Assembly (NCBI GenBank): GCA_965223325.1
Contig: CBDCWI010000002.1
Location: 64,001-128,000, forward strand
DNA from: Candidatus Multivoradales bacterium
GTDB taxonomy: Bacteria; Acidobacteriota; Thermoanaerobaculia; Multivoradales; Multivoraceae
DNA: 64,000 nucleotides
Reading direction: 5' to 3'
In this document: positions 39,460 to 49,832 of the stretch, one piece after another
How the letters are laid out: every line of letters starts with the position of its first letter
How positions within the stretch are numbered: position 1 is the stretch's first letter
Position numbers and translations under genes: made by a program
The notes under the pieces: model-generated
The model's database searches: none
What the model saw: only the letters and a program-made list of their open reading frames with translations
Told to the model about the DNA's origin: nothing

Positions 39460-42138
39460 ATGCCTGAGACCTCGCCATCCGAGCCGCCGGCGGACGAGCC
39501 AGCCGCGCCGGCTCCCGAAGTCGCGCGCCTGACGCCGATGCTGCGCCACTACATGGAAGTCAAAGAGGCGCACCCCGATACGATCCTGCTCTATCGGATG
39601 GGCGACTTCTTCGAGTTGTTCTTCGACGACGCGGTGCGCGCTGCGCCGCTTCTCGAAGTCTCGCTGACTGCCCGGCAGAAGGGAACACCATCGGAGGCAC
39701 CGATGTGTGGCGTACCGCATCATGCGATCGAGGGCTACATCGGAAAGCTGCTCGCCGCCGGTTTGCGCGTGGCGATCTGTGACCAGGTGGAAGATCCGAG
39801 GGAGGCCAAGGGGCTGGTCAGACGCGAAGTGACGCGCATCGTTTCACCGGGGACGATCAGCGAGCCCGATCTGCTCGAGGGTGGGCGCTCGAACCGCCTC
39901 GCGGCGATCGTCAGGCCGAGCCCGGCGGTGCCGGGTGCGGGGGCCTTCCTCGAGGTCTCGACCGGTGACTTTTTTCTCAGACCGTGGCAGAACGACCCCG
40001 CCATGCTGCAGGATCTCGAACTCTGGGCGCCCAGCGAACTTCTGATCGCTGCCGGCGAAGACGCGGCGGCGATGCGCTTCTGGGCGGAGCAGAACGGGGC
40101 CTGCGTCACCCGCCTCGAGGCCAACGAGGTTCCGACGGCCACCGAAGCGACCCGGCGTCTCGAACGACACCTGGGCGTCGAGTCCCTGCGTGGCTTCGGG
40201 CTCGAGGAGGGCGATCAGGGTGCAACGGCGCTTGCGATCGCGGCCGCCGTGGCGATCGACTATGCCGCGTCGGCGACGCGCTCCGAGCTCGCCCATGTCC
40301 GCGGCCTGCGTGTCGACCGTCGCTCCGACTTCGTCACCCTCGACGAGGCGACCGTTCGCAACCTCGAGCTGTTTCGCAATCAGCGTGACGGCGGCCGCCG
40401 CGACACCCTGCTCGCCAGCGTCGACCGCACCGGCTCGTCTGCGGGAGCGCGCCTGCTTCGTGACTGGCTGGCTCAACCTCTGCGCCAACGCCAGGACCTT
40501 CTGGCACGCCAGGACGCGGTCGCCGAGCTGACCGAGGAACATGCGGTCCGCGAGCGCCTGCGCCGTAACCTGGCCGGCATCGCCGACTTCGAGCGCCTGG
40601 CGGGCCGCGCCGTCCTGGGGTCGATTCGTCCGCGAGAAGGCGCGGCGCTCCGCGACGGCCTGGCCAGTCTTCCCGCGCTCGCCGGCGAGCTGGCCGGTTG
40701 TCAAGCGGATCAGCTGCGGGCGCTCAGTCGCACGGATCCGGTGGCAGACCTGTGCGAAAGGCTGCAGGTAGGCCTTGTCGAGACACCCTCTCTGAAAGTC
40801 GGCGACGGTGGTGTGATTGCCGAAGGGCTCGACGCCGAACTCGATCGCCATCGCTCGCTGGCGCGTGACGGCAAGCGTCATCTCGCTGAGCTCGAGGCGC
40901 GGCTCCGCCTGGAGACGGGCATCTCGAACCTCAAGGTGCGCTACAACAAAGTCTTCGGCTACTTCCTCGAGGTCACCCGATCGCATCAGGACAAGGTGCC
41001 AGAGGCTTGGACGCGCAAGCAGACGCTGGCCAACGCCGAGCGCTACATCAACGACGAGCTCAAGGAGCTCGAAGACAGCATCCTGGGTGCCGAGGATCAG
41101 CAGGCCACCCGTGAGAAGGACCTGTGGGAGATGTTGGTCGGCGAGATCGCGGCGCAGGCGATGCGGCTGCGCGATGTGGGGTACGCCGTTGCCATGGTCG
41201 ACGTGTTGGCCGGTCTCGCCGAGGTCGCAGCGCAGAAGTCCTGGTGCAGGCCAACGATTGCGGCGCCACGTGCGGCCCTGGCGGTCGAAGACGGTCGGCA
41301 CCCGGTCGTCGAGGCGGCAGTGGGCGGTGAGTACGTGCCCAACGACATTCACCTCGATCCCGAGAAGGAGCAGATCGTGCTCCTCACCGGGCCCAACATG
41401 GGGGGCAAGAGCACCTATCTCCGCCAGGCGGCGGTGATCACTCTACTGGCCCACACCGGTTCTTTCGTGCCGGCGCGCGTGGCCTCGGTGCCGATCGTCG
41501 ACCGCATCTTCACGCGGGTCGGCGCCAGTGACGACCTGGCGCGGGGCGAGTCGACGTTCATGGTGGAAATGATCGAGACCGCCAACATTCTGCGCCACGC
41601 GACCGCCGACAGCCTGGTGATTCTCGACGAAGTGGGTCGCGGGACGGCGACGTTTGACGGCCTGTCGCTAGCGTGGGCGATCGTCGAACACCTTCACGAA
41701 CACTCGGGTGCGTTGACTCTCTTTGCGACCCACTACCACGAGCTGACCGAGCTGCAGGCGCTTCTCGAACGGGTGACCAATCGCACAATGGCGGTGCGTG
41801 AATGGGAGGAGCGCATCGTTCTACTTCATCGGGTGGTCAATGGCTCAGCGGACAAGTCCTATGGGCTGCAGGTCGCGCGTCTGGCCGGGGTGCCCGAGAC
41901 GGTGGTTGCGCGCGCCGGCGAGATTCTCGCCAATCTCGAGGCGCACGAGTACGACCCCGGCGGTCGGCCGCGCCTGGCACGCGGCCCGGGGGCGCCCACC
42001 GACGACCGTCCGGGACAACTCGGTCTGTTCACCCCCGACGACGAAGTGGTCCTCGAGTTGTTGCGCGACCTGGACCTCGATCGCTTGACTCCACTCGCGG
42101 CACTCAACTTGCTGGCGAGTCTCAAAGAGCGCCTGTAG
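39460..42138 (+). CDS. mutS: DNA mismatch repair protein MutS
   Basis: TPMLRHY, YRMGDFFELF, TGPNMGGKSTY, STFMVEM, DEVGRGT, ATHYHEL, SYGLQVA. Confidence 0.98.
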   Translation: MPETSPSEPPADEPAAPAPEVARLTPMLRHYMEVKEAHPDTILLYRMGDFFELFFDDAVRAAPLLEVSLTARQKGTPSEAPMCGVPHHAIEGYIGKLLAAGLRVAICDQVEDPREAKGLVRREVTRIVSPGTISEPDLLEGGRSNRLAAIVRPSPAVPGAGAFLEVSTGDFFLRPWQNDPAMLQDLELWAPSELLIAAGEDAAAMRFWAEQNGACVTRLEANEVPTATEATRRLERHLGVESLRGFGLEEGDQGATALAIAAAVAIDYAASATRSELAHVRGLRVDRRSDFVTLDEATVRNLELFRNQRDGGRRDTLLASVDRTGSSAGARLLRDWLAQPLRQRQDLLARQDAVAELTEEHAVRERLRRNLAGIADFERLAGRAVLGSIRPREGAALRDGLASLPALAGELAGCQADQLRALSRTDPVADLCERLQVGLVETPSLKVGDGGVIAEGLDAELDRHRSLARDGKRHLAELEARLRLETGISNLKVRYNKVFGYFLEVTRSHQDKVPEAWTRKQTLANAERYINDELKELEDSILGAEDQQATREKDLWEMLVGEIAAQAMRLRDVGYAVAMVDVLAGLAEVAAQKSWCRPTIAAPRAALAVEDGRHPVVEAAVGGEYVPNDIHLDPEKEQIVLLTGPNMGGKSTYLRQAAVITLLAHTGSFVPARVASVPIVDRIFTRVGASDDLARGESTFMVEMIETANILRHATADSLVILDEVGRGTATFDGLSLAWAIVEHLHEHSGALTLFATHYHELTELQALLERVTNRTMAVREWEERIVLLHRVVNGSADKSYGLQVARLAGVPETVVARAGEILANLEAHEYDPGGRPRLARGPGAPTDDRPGQLGLFTPDDEVVLELLRDLDLDRLTPLAALNLLASLKERL

Positions 42139-42432
42139 AGGCTGTCTAGAGGCGGCACCGCAGAAGGTCGTGCAAGGTTTCAGACCGGTTTTGCGTCTCT
42201 TCAACAGAGAGGCCGACAACGGGTCGGCCTGCGGTCCGAACGCCCTGGGGCGCCCGGCCGCGTGATATGTTGCACGGTCTTCTGAGCAGTCCACAGCCCG
42301 AAGCACCCCAGCCCTCACCTAGAGCGAGGACCTTTCGCGAGGACAGGGTGCACCAGCCGTCCGGTTCGACATCGATGGCCGGCGGGGAGCGAGTGGGCGG
42401 CCGCAGACCCACACGAGAGAGTTAGGTTTCAC

Positions 42433-42870
42433 ATGGTCAACAAAGTCATCCTCATCGGCAACCTCGGGCGCGACCCGGAGCTCCGTACCATTCCCAGCGG
42501 TCAGGCGGTGGCCAAGTTCAGCCTGGCGACCAATCGGCGGTGGAAAGACCGCGATGGCAACCGCCAGGACGAGACCGAGTGGCACAACATCGTCGTCTGG
42601 GGCCGTCAAGCCGAGATTGCCGGCCAGTACCTCAGCAAGGGGCGCAAGGTCTACATCGAGGGTCGGATCCAGACCCGGTCATGGGACGACAAGGAGACCG
42701 GTCAGAAGAAGTACATGACCGAGATCATCTGCGAGAACTTCCAGATGCTCGGCGGCCGCGACGACGGCGGCAGCTACGGCGGTGGCGGTGGCGACCGGCC
42801 CCAGCCTCCCGGGGGGAGCCACGATCAGGGCTTCGACGCAGGCGGCGCCGACGACGACATCCCGTTCTAG
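42433..42870 (+). CDS. ssb: Single-stranded DNA-binding protein
   Basis: [23 protein letters not shown]-terminal DDDIPF. Confidence 0.98.
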   Translation: MVNKVILIGNLGRDPELRTIPSGQAVAKFSLATNRRWKDRDGNRQDETEWHNIVVWGRQAEIAGQYLSKGRKVYIEGRIQTRSWDDKETGQKKYMTEIICENFQMLGGRDDGGSYGGGGGDRPQPPGGSHDQGFDAGGADDDIPF

Positions 42871-42880
42871 GAGTCTTCTG

Positions 42881-42949
42881 ACCACGCCCCTTCCTGGAGC
42901 GGGGACCCGAGAGGCCGAACGGGTTGCACTGCGAGGGAAGGGGCGCGGT
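42881..42949. terminator. Branched stem-loop between convergent ssb and S2P genes
   Basis: CGCCCCTTCC (42885-42894) pairs with GGAAGGGGCG (42936-42945); internal ACCCG/CGGGT stem. Confidence 0.4.
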
Positions 42950-42980
42950 GCGCTCTCTTTCCTTCGCCGACGGGTGCCGT

Positions 42981-43940
42981 CTATGAGCCCGCCAGCATGC
43001 GAATCGGACTGGGGGAGAAGGAGAGCACGAAGATCGCGAGGGCGAAGAGGGCGATGGCGAGGCGGGCACGCCCGAGTGCAGGTCCCTGCCTCTCCAGCGG
43101 TGGATGGCGAAGCTTGAGAACCAGCGCGATCAGTGCCCACAGCCACCAGCCAGGCCAGGCCAGGAAGCCGCCCGCCACCAACGCCAGGAGCGTGCCGTAG
43201 GCGGCGATTCGGTGCAGCCGTGGTGACAGGGAGTAGAGAATATGTCCGCCGTCGAGTTGTCCGATCGGCAACAGGTTGAGGCAGGTCACCAACATGCCGA
43301 CCCAGCCGGCGAGGGCGAGCGGGTGGAGCAGGACGCGGGCCGGGTCGAGGTCGGGACGTAGCCAGGTGACCAGAAGGTCCTGGCCCAGGGTGCGACCCGG
43401 CAACAGCCATGCCATGGAGTCCGCCGGTGCACCCAGTAGCGGGCTCGATTTCGCGATGCCGATCGCCAGAATGGGGACCAGGACGACGAAGCCCGCGATC
43501 GGCCCCGAAACTCCTACATCGAACAAGCTGGTGCGGCTGGGAATCTGTGACCGTACGCGGATGAAGGCTCCGAACGTCCCGAGGCCTAGTGGTGCCGGTA
43601 GGAAGCGGGGGATGCTTGCGGCGATGCCATGGCGACGGCACGCCAGCCAATGACCAGCCTCATGGGCACCGAGGATCGCGATCACGCCGAGAGCGAAGGT
43701 GAGTCCGAAGGAGCGCGCCGCCGGGTCCTGGAGGAGACGACGAACCGCAGTCGGACCGAGCCACAATGGGTCGTCATCGTCGACCAGGCCGTCCGACCAC
43801 GCCGGCGCCAATGTCGTCATCGTCAGCAGAGTGGCGACCACCAAGAGGGCGCCGATGAAGACCTCGCGCCTCTCTGACGCCGGTCGATTCCTCGGCTGCG
43901 CCGGTCGAGGGCTTTCGGGGGACGGACCATCGGGACGCAT
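42981..43940 (-). CDS. Site-2 protease family (M50) membrane metalloprotease
   Basis: HEAGH, GTFGAFIR, NLLPIGQLDGGHI. Confidence 0.9.
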   Translation of the reverse strand: MRPDGPSPESPRPAQPRNRPASERREVFIGALLVVATLLTMTTLAPAWSDGLVDDDDPLWLGPTAVRRLLQDPAARSFGLTFALGVIAILGAHEAGHWLACRRHGIAASIPRFLPAPLGLGTFGAFIRVRSQIPSRTSLFDVGVSGPIAGFVVLVPILAIGIAKSSPLLGAPADSMAWLLPGRTLGQDLLVTWLRPDLDPARVLLHPLALAGWVGMLVTCLNLLPIGQLDGGHILYSLSPRLHRIAAYGTLLALVAGGFLAWPGWWLWALIALVLKLRHPPLERQGPALGRARLAIALFALAIFVLSFSPSPIRMLAGS

Positions 43941-44008
43941 GCCCCCGAGTCCGAAACTTCCAGAACCGTCGACGCTCGCGCGGCGTCCCGACGGCGGCCG
44001 AGACTGGA

Positions 44009-44275
44009 TCAGATGTCCCTCAGGTCCTTCCCAGGTTTGAAGCGCACAGTCTTGCCGGGTGCGATCTCGACCTCGACACCGGTCTTGGGGTTGCGACCAA
44101 CACCCTTCTTGCGATCGCGTACCTGAAAGACACCGAAGCCGCGCAGTTCGATGCGCTTACCCTCGGAGAGTGCGTTCTTCATGGCGTCGAGGATGGTGTC
44201 GACGGCGACGGCCGCTTTCACCCGCGAGACATCTGAGGTCTCGGCGATCTTGTTGACGATGTCGGCTTTGATCAT
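44009..44275 (-). CDS. HU/IHF family DNA-binding protein
   Basis: MIKADIV...RIELRGFGVF...GRNPKTG...VRFKPGK. Confidence 0.93.
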   Translation of the reverse strand: MIKADIVNKIAETSDVSRVKAAVAVDTILDAMKNALSEGKRIELRGFGVFQVRDRKKGVGRNPKTGVEVEIAPGKTVRFKPGKDLRDI

Positions 44276-44448
44276 TCAGGAACTCCAGGAAAGGGGAAGC
44301 AGAATAGCAACGGCAGGGACCTCTGTCAATTCAGACAGCGTCATGTAAGCCACACGAAACAAAGGATTTAGCGAGCCGAAGCAGAAGTCGCAGGCGAGCC
44401 TCGCTCGGCGAGTTTCAGAGCGTTCAGAACCAGTCGAGCGGTGCCCGC

Positions 44449-45768
44449 TCAACTGGCGACGTTGGCCTCGCGCTTCTTCGAGCGCATGATACAAGCCGCC
44501 AGCGCACGGCCTACTGCGTCGGCAACGGTCTTTTGTTCTTCGAGCTCATTGGCTCGTGTCGATCGCCCGTTCAGGTCCGAGAACAGGACGGCAACGACGC
44601 GTTCGCCGACGCGAACGGGGAGGGCGTAGCAGCTCTCGGCCAGGGGCGCATTCCAGCACGCCATCAGGCGGATGTTCGCGTCCATCGGAGGTAGCGGTCC
44701 AAAGAAGAAGTCCGACCCGAGTTTGACGTTGAGGAAAACGGATGGTTCGGCGGGAGATGTTCGCCATTCGCGCAGGCTCTCGAGATCGAGATCGGTACCG
44801 CTTCCCGCCAGGCCTCGGAAGCAGCCGTCGGGTGTCGCCAGCAGCATCGCGACGCGCCGATAACGAGTTCCAAGGTAGGCGACCGCTTGTTGGGCGATCT
44901 GTTCGCGACCTGGAGCGGTAACGATCTTGTCGAGGAACTCGTCGAGGGTTGCCGCCACCGCCAGGGGAGCGGTGGTCACTGGCTCCTCTGAGTCCGGCAG
45001 GCAGTCGGGATCGAGCGCCGGGAAACTGTTGGTCTCGCGGGTTGTCGCGTGCGCTGCTTCGATCTCGTGGACGTCGGGGTCATCGCCCGCCGGGCTTGGT
45101 CGGGTCGTCACGCCGAGCGCGCTGGCGGCGGGCGGCAGTTCGAGGCGCGCTGATCCCTCGAGCGACTCCATCGGCTCGATCTCGTCATCTGGTACTTCGA
45201 AGCTCGTCCCGTCGAGCCCCAGATCGAGACCGCTCAGGTCGAGCGGGCGGGTCGTGACCTGAGGAAGGTCAGGATTCAGCGTCACCGCGGTTGGGTCCTC
45301 CTCCTGAAGGCGGTCGAAGAGTCGCCGGAAGCGCTGCGTCGTCTGTCGCTGGTAGTAGCGCTCGAGTGCGATCTCGATACGGTGCTCGTTGGCGACGTGT
45401 GGCCGGATCCCGTGACCGCAGGCAAAGGTGATCTCGTCGATGGCCAGCAGATCCTTGACATCGAGCATCGCGACCCAGAGCTCGCCACCCAGTAGCCTGT
45501 ACGGCACCGCGCGACAACGCACGGCCGTCTTGCGGTCGAGCACCGACAAGATCTGGCGCGGAACGTTCTGGAGATCGAGCGGTTTGACCGCGTCGGTGCC
45601 CAGCTGTTTGGCCAGCGCCTGGTTGAGCAGCTGCTCGTTGAGGGCGTCGACCTCCAGGAGACAGGTCCCGAGGCGCCCGCCGAGCACACTCTGAGCCTGA
45701 AGCGCCCTTTGCAGGTCCGTTTCGCTGATCCATCCCAGTTCGAGGAGGAGCTGTCCAAGGCGTTTCAC
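44449..45768 (-). CDS. MshEN/GspE-N domain protein without ATPase, with GAF-like C-terminus
   Basis: RLGQLLLELGWISETDLQRALQAQ-x5-RLGTCLL tandem motif; RAVPY...VAMLD; no Walker A; C-terminal ALPVRVGERVVAVLFSD. Start uncertain. Confidence 0.72.
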   Translation of the reverse strand: MKRLGQLLLELGWISETDLQRALQAQSVLGGRLGTCLLEVDALNEQLLNQALAKQLGTDAVKPLDLQNVPRQILSVLDRKTAVRCRAVPYRLLGGELWVAMLDVKDLLAIDEITFACGHGIRPHVANEHRIEIALERYYQRQTTQRFRRLFDRLQEEDPTAVTLNPDLPQVTTRPLDLSGLDLGLDGTSFEVPDDEIEPMESLEGSARLELPPAASALGVTTRPSPAGDDPDVHEIEAAHATTRETNSFPALDPDCLPDSEEPVTTAPLAVAATLDEFLDKIVTAPGREQIAQQAVAYLGTRYRRVAMLLATPDGCFRGLAGSGTDLDLESLREWRTSPAEPSVFLNVKLGSDFFFGPLPPMDANIRLMACWNAPLAESCYALPVRVGERVVAVLFSDLNGRSTRANELEEQKTVADAVGRALAACIMRSKKREANVAS

Positions 45769-45997
45769 GGGGATCTTGGGGAGGAGTGGCCTTTGGCGTT
45801 CTTTGGGTGAGGACTCGCTAGCGTCGTTCGAGCGTTGCGATTCCAGAGAGCAGGGGAGGGGCGGTGTCATCGGGCTGGCAGAGGCCTGAATGCCGCTGGA
45901 AACTCGCAATTATAGTGTTCAGTTGACGGCCAGACAATCTCAGCGAGGTGCGCGAGCCTTGTAAAGCTCGTCGCCCGGTTGATACTGTTCGCCTCCT

Positions 45998-48154
45998 ATG
46001 CGTGTGGTTTCGCCCACTCTGAGCGCCCTCAGAGCGCCCCTCCCGCCTGCCCTCTGCGCCCTTTTGATCGCGCTGTGCCTGGTGCTTTCGGCCACCGGCC
46101 TCCTGGTTGCTCCGGCGCGAGCCGCAGAGGACGCCCCGGCAGGCCGGCAGGAGGCGGCATTCCAGTTCGCCACTGCCCGTGAGGCAGCCGCCGTCGGCAA
46201 GACGGGGGAGGCGCTGGCGGCGTTCGAACGGGCGCTCGAGCTCGATCCCGAGGCCCCCTATCTGCGGGTCGAGTACGCCGATCTGCTGTTCCGGCTGCGA
46301 CGGTTGCCTGAGGCTGCGGAGCAGATCGAGGCGGCCCGTGCGCTCGGTGGCCCCAACGACTTCGACGTGCTGTCGCTCTACGGTCAGATTCACTTCGCCT
46401 GGGCCTCGTCAGAACCAGCGGCGGGCGAGAAGGCACTCGAGGCCTTCGAGCGCTTGCGACGCGAACGCCCTGAAGACATCTCGGCGATGCTCAGTCTTGC
46501 CCAGTTGCAAAGTGGCATGGGACGACCCGACGCGGCGATCGAGGTGGTCCGAGAACTGGTCAGTTACCACCCGGCGAACCGCCAGCTGAGCCGGCTGCTG
46601 GTGCAGGCCCTGCAGGAAGCAGGCCGCAATGAAGAGGCTGAAGCGGTGCTGGCCGACATCCTACGTCTCGACGACGAGGCTCTCGAAAGTCGACTCGAGT
46701 TGGCGCGTCTACAGAGTGAACGCGGCAACCACAGTGCCGCCATCGACGCCCTGTCCTCGGCTGGTCCCGAGATCCGCAACGACGCCCGCCTCAGAAGCCA
46801 ACTGGCCGAGGAGCACTTTCGGCGTGCACTGGCACCTGGAATCGTCAACCAACAGCGCCAGAGTGACCTGGTCGACTCCGAGCGCATACTCGATGCGCTC
46901 TTGACGGACCACCCGGATTCGCTGCACGCCCGTTTCCTGCGTGCCCGGGTGCGCGGCCAGACGGGTCGCTTCGCCGAAGCGGTCGACGACCTCGAAGTGG
47001 TGCATGAAGGCGCGCCACTCGATCCCACAACAGTCGGTCTCCTGGCGCGCTACCTCGAGGAAGCGGGCCGTCAGGACGAGGCGGCGGAGCTCCTCCAGGG
47101 AGTCGCCCAGGACATTGCGATGACCCGCGAGGGCGCCGCCGCACCGCGCGCGGGCGCCGACGACCTGCGCGAGCAGCTGCTCGGACTCGAAGCGCGGCGG
47201 GGGGGCTGGGAGAGCGTCGCGCGGCTGTCTCGCGAACTCCTCGAAAACCGCGAGCCGGGAGTCGAGAGACTGGCGCTCCTCGAGTTGCACCTGGATGCGC
47301 TGGTGAGACTGGGCGAGGGTAGGAAGGCACTCGACGCGATTGCCCGCGAGGAGAAGCGTAGTCAGTCCAACGTAACGCTCTTGCTGCTACGCGCCCAGGT
47401 GCAGAAAGACATGGACCGACCGAGCAAGGCCGTACGCACGCTCGAAGACCCGCTTTTTGATCAACCACTCGAGCGTCCGGTGCTTCTTCGGCGTGCCGAC
47501 CTGCTTTGGGACCTCGGCCAGGAGGATCTGGCACGCAGTTCACTGCTCGAGCAGGCCAAGATCGGATCACTCGACGAGACCTTTGCTGCAGGCCAGTTCT
47601 TGTCGCTCAAGGAGGAGTATTCCGCGGCGACACCGTTGCTCATCCAGGCGGCTGAAGGAACACCGGAAGACGAGACCTTCGCCCATACGGAGCGCTGGTT
47701 CTGGCTTGGCCAGGCACACGAGCGGTTGGGGCGCCATGACGAGGCCGCGCGAGCCTTCGAGAAGGTCCTGGCGCTCGAACCACAGCACGCCCCGGCACTC
47801 AACTATCTCGGCTACATGTGGGCCGACCTGGGCATCAATCTCGAGCGTGCCGTGGAACTGATCCGTCAGGCGGTGGCCCAGCAACCCGACAACGGCGCCT
47901 ACGTCGACTCCCTCGGCTGGGCGCAGTTTCGTCTTGGCGAGCTCGAGACTGCGCGCGATACCCTCGAGCGCGCGGTGGAACTGGTCGGAAGCGACGCGAC
48001 GGTGCTCGAGCACCTCGGAGACGTCTACGTGGCGCTCGGCGAGCTCGATCGAGCGCGCGAGATGTACCAGCAGGCACTCGAGATCAACGACGACGAGAAC
48101 GTCGAGACGGTGCGCGAGAAGCTCTCTCGCATCGATCGCGATCCACCGCAGTAA
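45998..48154 (+). CDS. Exported TPR-repeat protein
   Basis: Signal peptide; ALNYLGYMWAD, NGAYVDSLGW, EHLGDVY, typical of the TPR gene upstream of lolB/ispE-prs clusters. Confidence 0.85.
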   Translation: MRVVSPTLSALRAPLPPALCALLIALCLVLSATGLLVAPARAAEDAPAGRQEAAFQFATAREAAAVGKTGEALAAFERALELDPEAPYLRVEYADLLFRLRRLPEAAEQIEAARALGGPNDFDVLSLYGQIHFAWASSEPAAGEKALEAFERLRRERPEDISAMLSLAQLQSGMGRPDAAIEVVRELVSYHPANRQLSRLLVQALQEAGRNEEAEAVLADILRLDDEALESRLELARLQSERGNHSAAIDALSSAGPEIRNDARLRSQLAEEHFRRALAPGIVNQQRQSDLVDSERILDALLTDHPDSLHARFLRARVRGQTGRFAEAVDDLEVVHEGAPLDPTTVGLLARYLEEAGRQDEAAELLQGVAQDIAMTREGAAAPRAGADDLREQLLGLEARRGGWESVARLSRELLENREPGVERLALLELHLDALVRLGEGRKALDAIAREEKRSQSNVTLLLLRAQVQKDMDRPSKAVRTLEDPLFDQPLERPVLLRRADLLWDLGQEDLARSSLLEQAKIGSLDETFAAGQFLSLKEEYSAATPLLIQAAEGTPEDETFAHTERWFWLGQAHERLGRHDEAARAFEKVLALEPQHAPALNYLGYMWADLGINLERAVELIRQAVAQQPDNGAYVDSLGWAQFRLGELETARDTLERAVELVGSDATVLEHLGDVYVALGELDRAREMYQQALEINDDENVETVREKLSRIDRDPPQ

Positions 48155-48165
48155 GAAGCGCCTCG

Positions 48166-48957
48166 GTGCTCGAGCCAGCACGTTGGTGGTGCGACTTCCT
48201 GCCGCGGCAAACGGGGATAGCGCTCGGAGTGGTCACAATCCTCTCTGGCGGTCTCTTTCTTGGCTGTGCCGGCAGTCGGGGAGTCGGCGTGCCCACGGCC
48301 GGTCTCAGTGCGGATCCGCCGGAGGCGTCGGCCGCTGACACCGTCTTTCTCCTTCCGGCGGCCTGGAGTTCTACCCAGGCGATTTTCCGGCTGCGCTACT
48401 CCGGCCCAGCAGGAAGTGCGACCCCACGTCTCGTCGTGCGTATTGAAGAGCCCGGTCGATTCCGGTTCGATGCCACCGAATTGGGTCGCAAGATCTGGAG
48501 TCTCGAGGTCTATGAGGGGGGAGCGCTTTCGCTCGATCATCGCAACCGGACCTGGTGTTTGTGGCGGGGCGCAGTCGACCTGGGAGTGGTGCCTCTAGGA
48601 CCGATTGCACCGGTCTCCTTGCCGCTCCTGTTGGCCGGTCGATTGCCGGTCGCGGCGGCGCGCGATGTGCGTTCCGGCGACGGGCAGTTGCACTTCGTCG
48701 ACTCCCGTGACCGCTCCTGGGACGTTCTGCTCGATGCAGCCGGCGAGCCGGTGTCATGGATGGTGCGTGAGGCTGGAGAGCCCGCCTTCTGGTTCCGTGC
48801 TCTCGGGCCGAGTGGAGGCGTTCTATCGGCCGCCGAAGGCCTGCAACTCGAATGGCACCGCAGGATGCGCGAGGCGCTCGAGGTCGCTCTCGAAGATTCT
48901 CCTCGACCACCGACCGGTTGGTCGGAAAACTGCGAAGTCATTAGCGCAGATGCCTGA
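48166..48957 (+). CDS. Lipoprotein of unknown function, possibly LolA/LolB-like fold
   Basis: Lipobox FLGC; beta-rich sequence; sits at the lolB position after the TPR gene. Start uncertain. Confidence 0.5.
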   Translation: MLEPARWWCDFLPRQTGIALGVVTILSGGLFLGCAGSRGVGVPTAGLSADPPEASAADTVFLLPAAWSSTQAIFRLRYSGPAGSATPRLVVRIEEPGRFRFDATELGRKIWSLEVYEGGALSLDHRNRTWCLWRGAVDLGVVPLGPIAPVSLPLLLAGRLPVAAARDVRSGDGQLHFVDSRDRSWDVLLDAAGEPVSWMVREAGEPAFWFRALGPSGGVLSAAEGLQLEWHRRMREALEVALEDSPRPPTGWSENCEVISADA

Positions 48958-49210
48958 AACTCAATAGCGATCTGTAAACGGGGCGATGAAATGAAAACGC
49001 CCATCATTGGATCCCATCATTGGATATGATGGAGAAGTAGTCGCCAGCTACGAGCTTGATTGCCTCACGTTCTGATCCCGGGAGTTCGGATCCAGGAAGT
49101 TCCGATTCCGGAGGAGATCAGTTCAACCGACCGTTCGAACCCTCCCGACCGACCCGCCCTGGGAGGGGCGCGTCAACAACGGGGCGAGCGGTTGGGGCGG
49201 AAGCCGGAAG

Positions 49211-49576
49211 GTGGCTACATTGGAGATCACTGAGGTGCGCGTTCAGCCGGTTCGGGAGGCGAGGCTGCGAGCCTTCGTCTCCGTGGTACTCGATGGCTGC
49301 TTCATGGTCCATGACATCAAAGTGATTCGGGGCTACGAAGGTCTCTTTGTGAGCATGCCGAGCCGTCGGCAGCGCAACGGCGAGTTCAGGGACATCGCAC
49401 ACCCCCTCAACCAGGAAACGCGCGACTGGCTCGAGAACCGGGTACTCGACGCCTACCTGGCAACGGTGCCCGATGAAGCGCTCGAGAACCTCGACGAAGC
49501 TGGCCAGAACGTCGACTGCGAGGCGGAGCCATCGGCCAGCGAGGAGCGGTCCATCGAGGCTTCGAAGGGGCTTTGA
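49211..49576 (+). CDS. spoVG: SpoVG family nucleic-acid-binding protein
   Basis: LEITEVRV, LRAFVSVVLDGCFMVHDIKVI, GLFVSMPSR, FRDIAHP. Confidence 0.92.
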   Translation: MATLEITEVRVQPVREARLRAFVSVVLDGCFMVHDIKVIRGYEGLFVSMPSRRQRNGEFRDIAHPLNQETRDWLENRVLDAYLATVPDEALENLDEAGQNVDCEAEPSASEERSIEASKGL

Positions 49577-49703
49577 AGCGGTGGGTTTGAGCGAGTACTT
49601 GTTGTAGACTGCCGGCGGTCCCGGACAGGTTCCTGCTGCGCAGTCGGCCCACCCTACTTCAGGGTGAACTGGTGGGACGTGAAGATTCGGCCTGTGTGAC
49701 CAC

Positions 49704-49778
49704 TGGGGCGTCGCCAAGTGGTAAGGCACCGGACTTTGGATCCGGCATTCGGGGGTTCGAATCCTCCCGCCCCAACCA
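49704..49778 (+). tRNA. tRNA-Gln (anticodon UUG)
   Basis: TGGGGCG acceptor stem; CCAAGTGGTAAGG D-arm; CCGGA-CTTTGGA-TCCGG anticodon arm; GGTTCGAATCC T-arm; encoded CCA. Confidence 0.97.
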
Positions 49779-49832
49779 GACGTCTCTTGTCGGCCTCGCT
49801 CACGTTCTCCGAAAACTATCTCCGCGCGAAAC

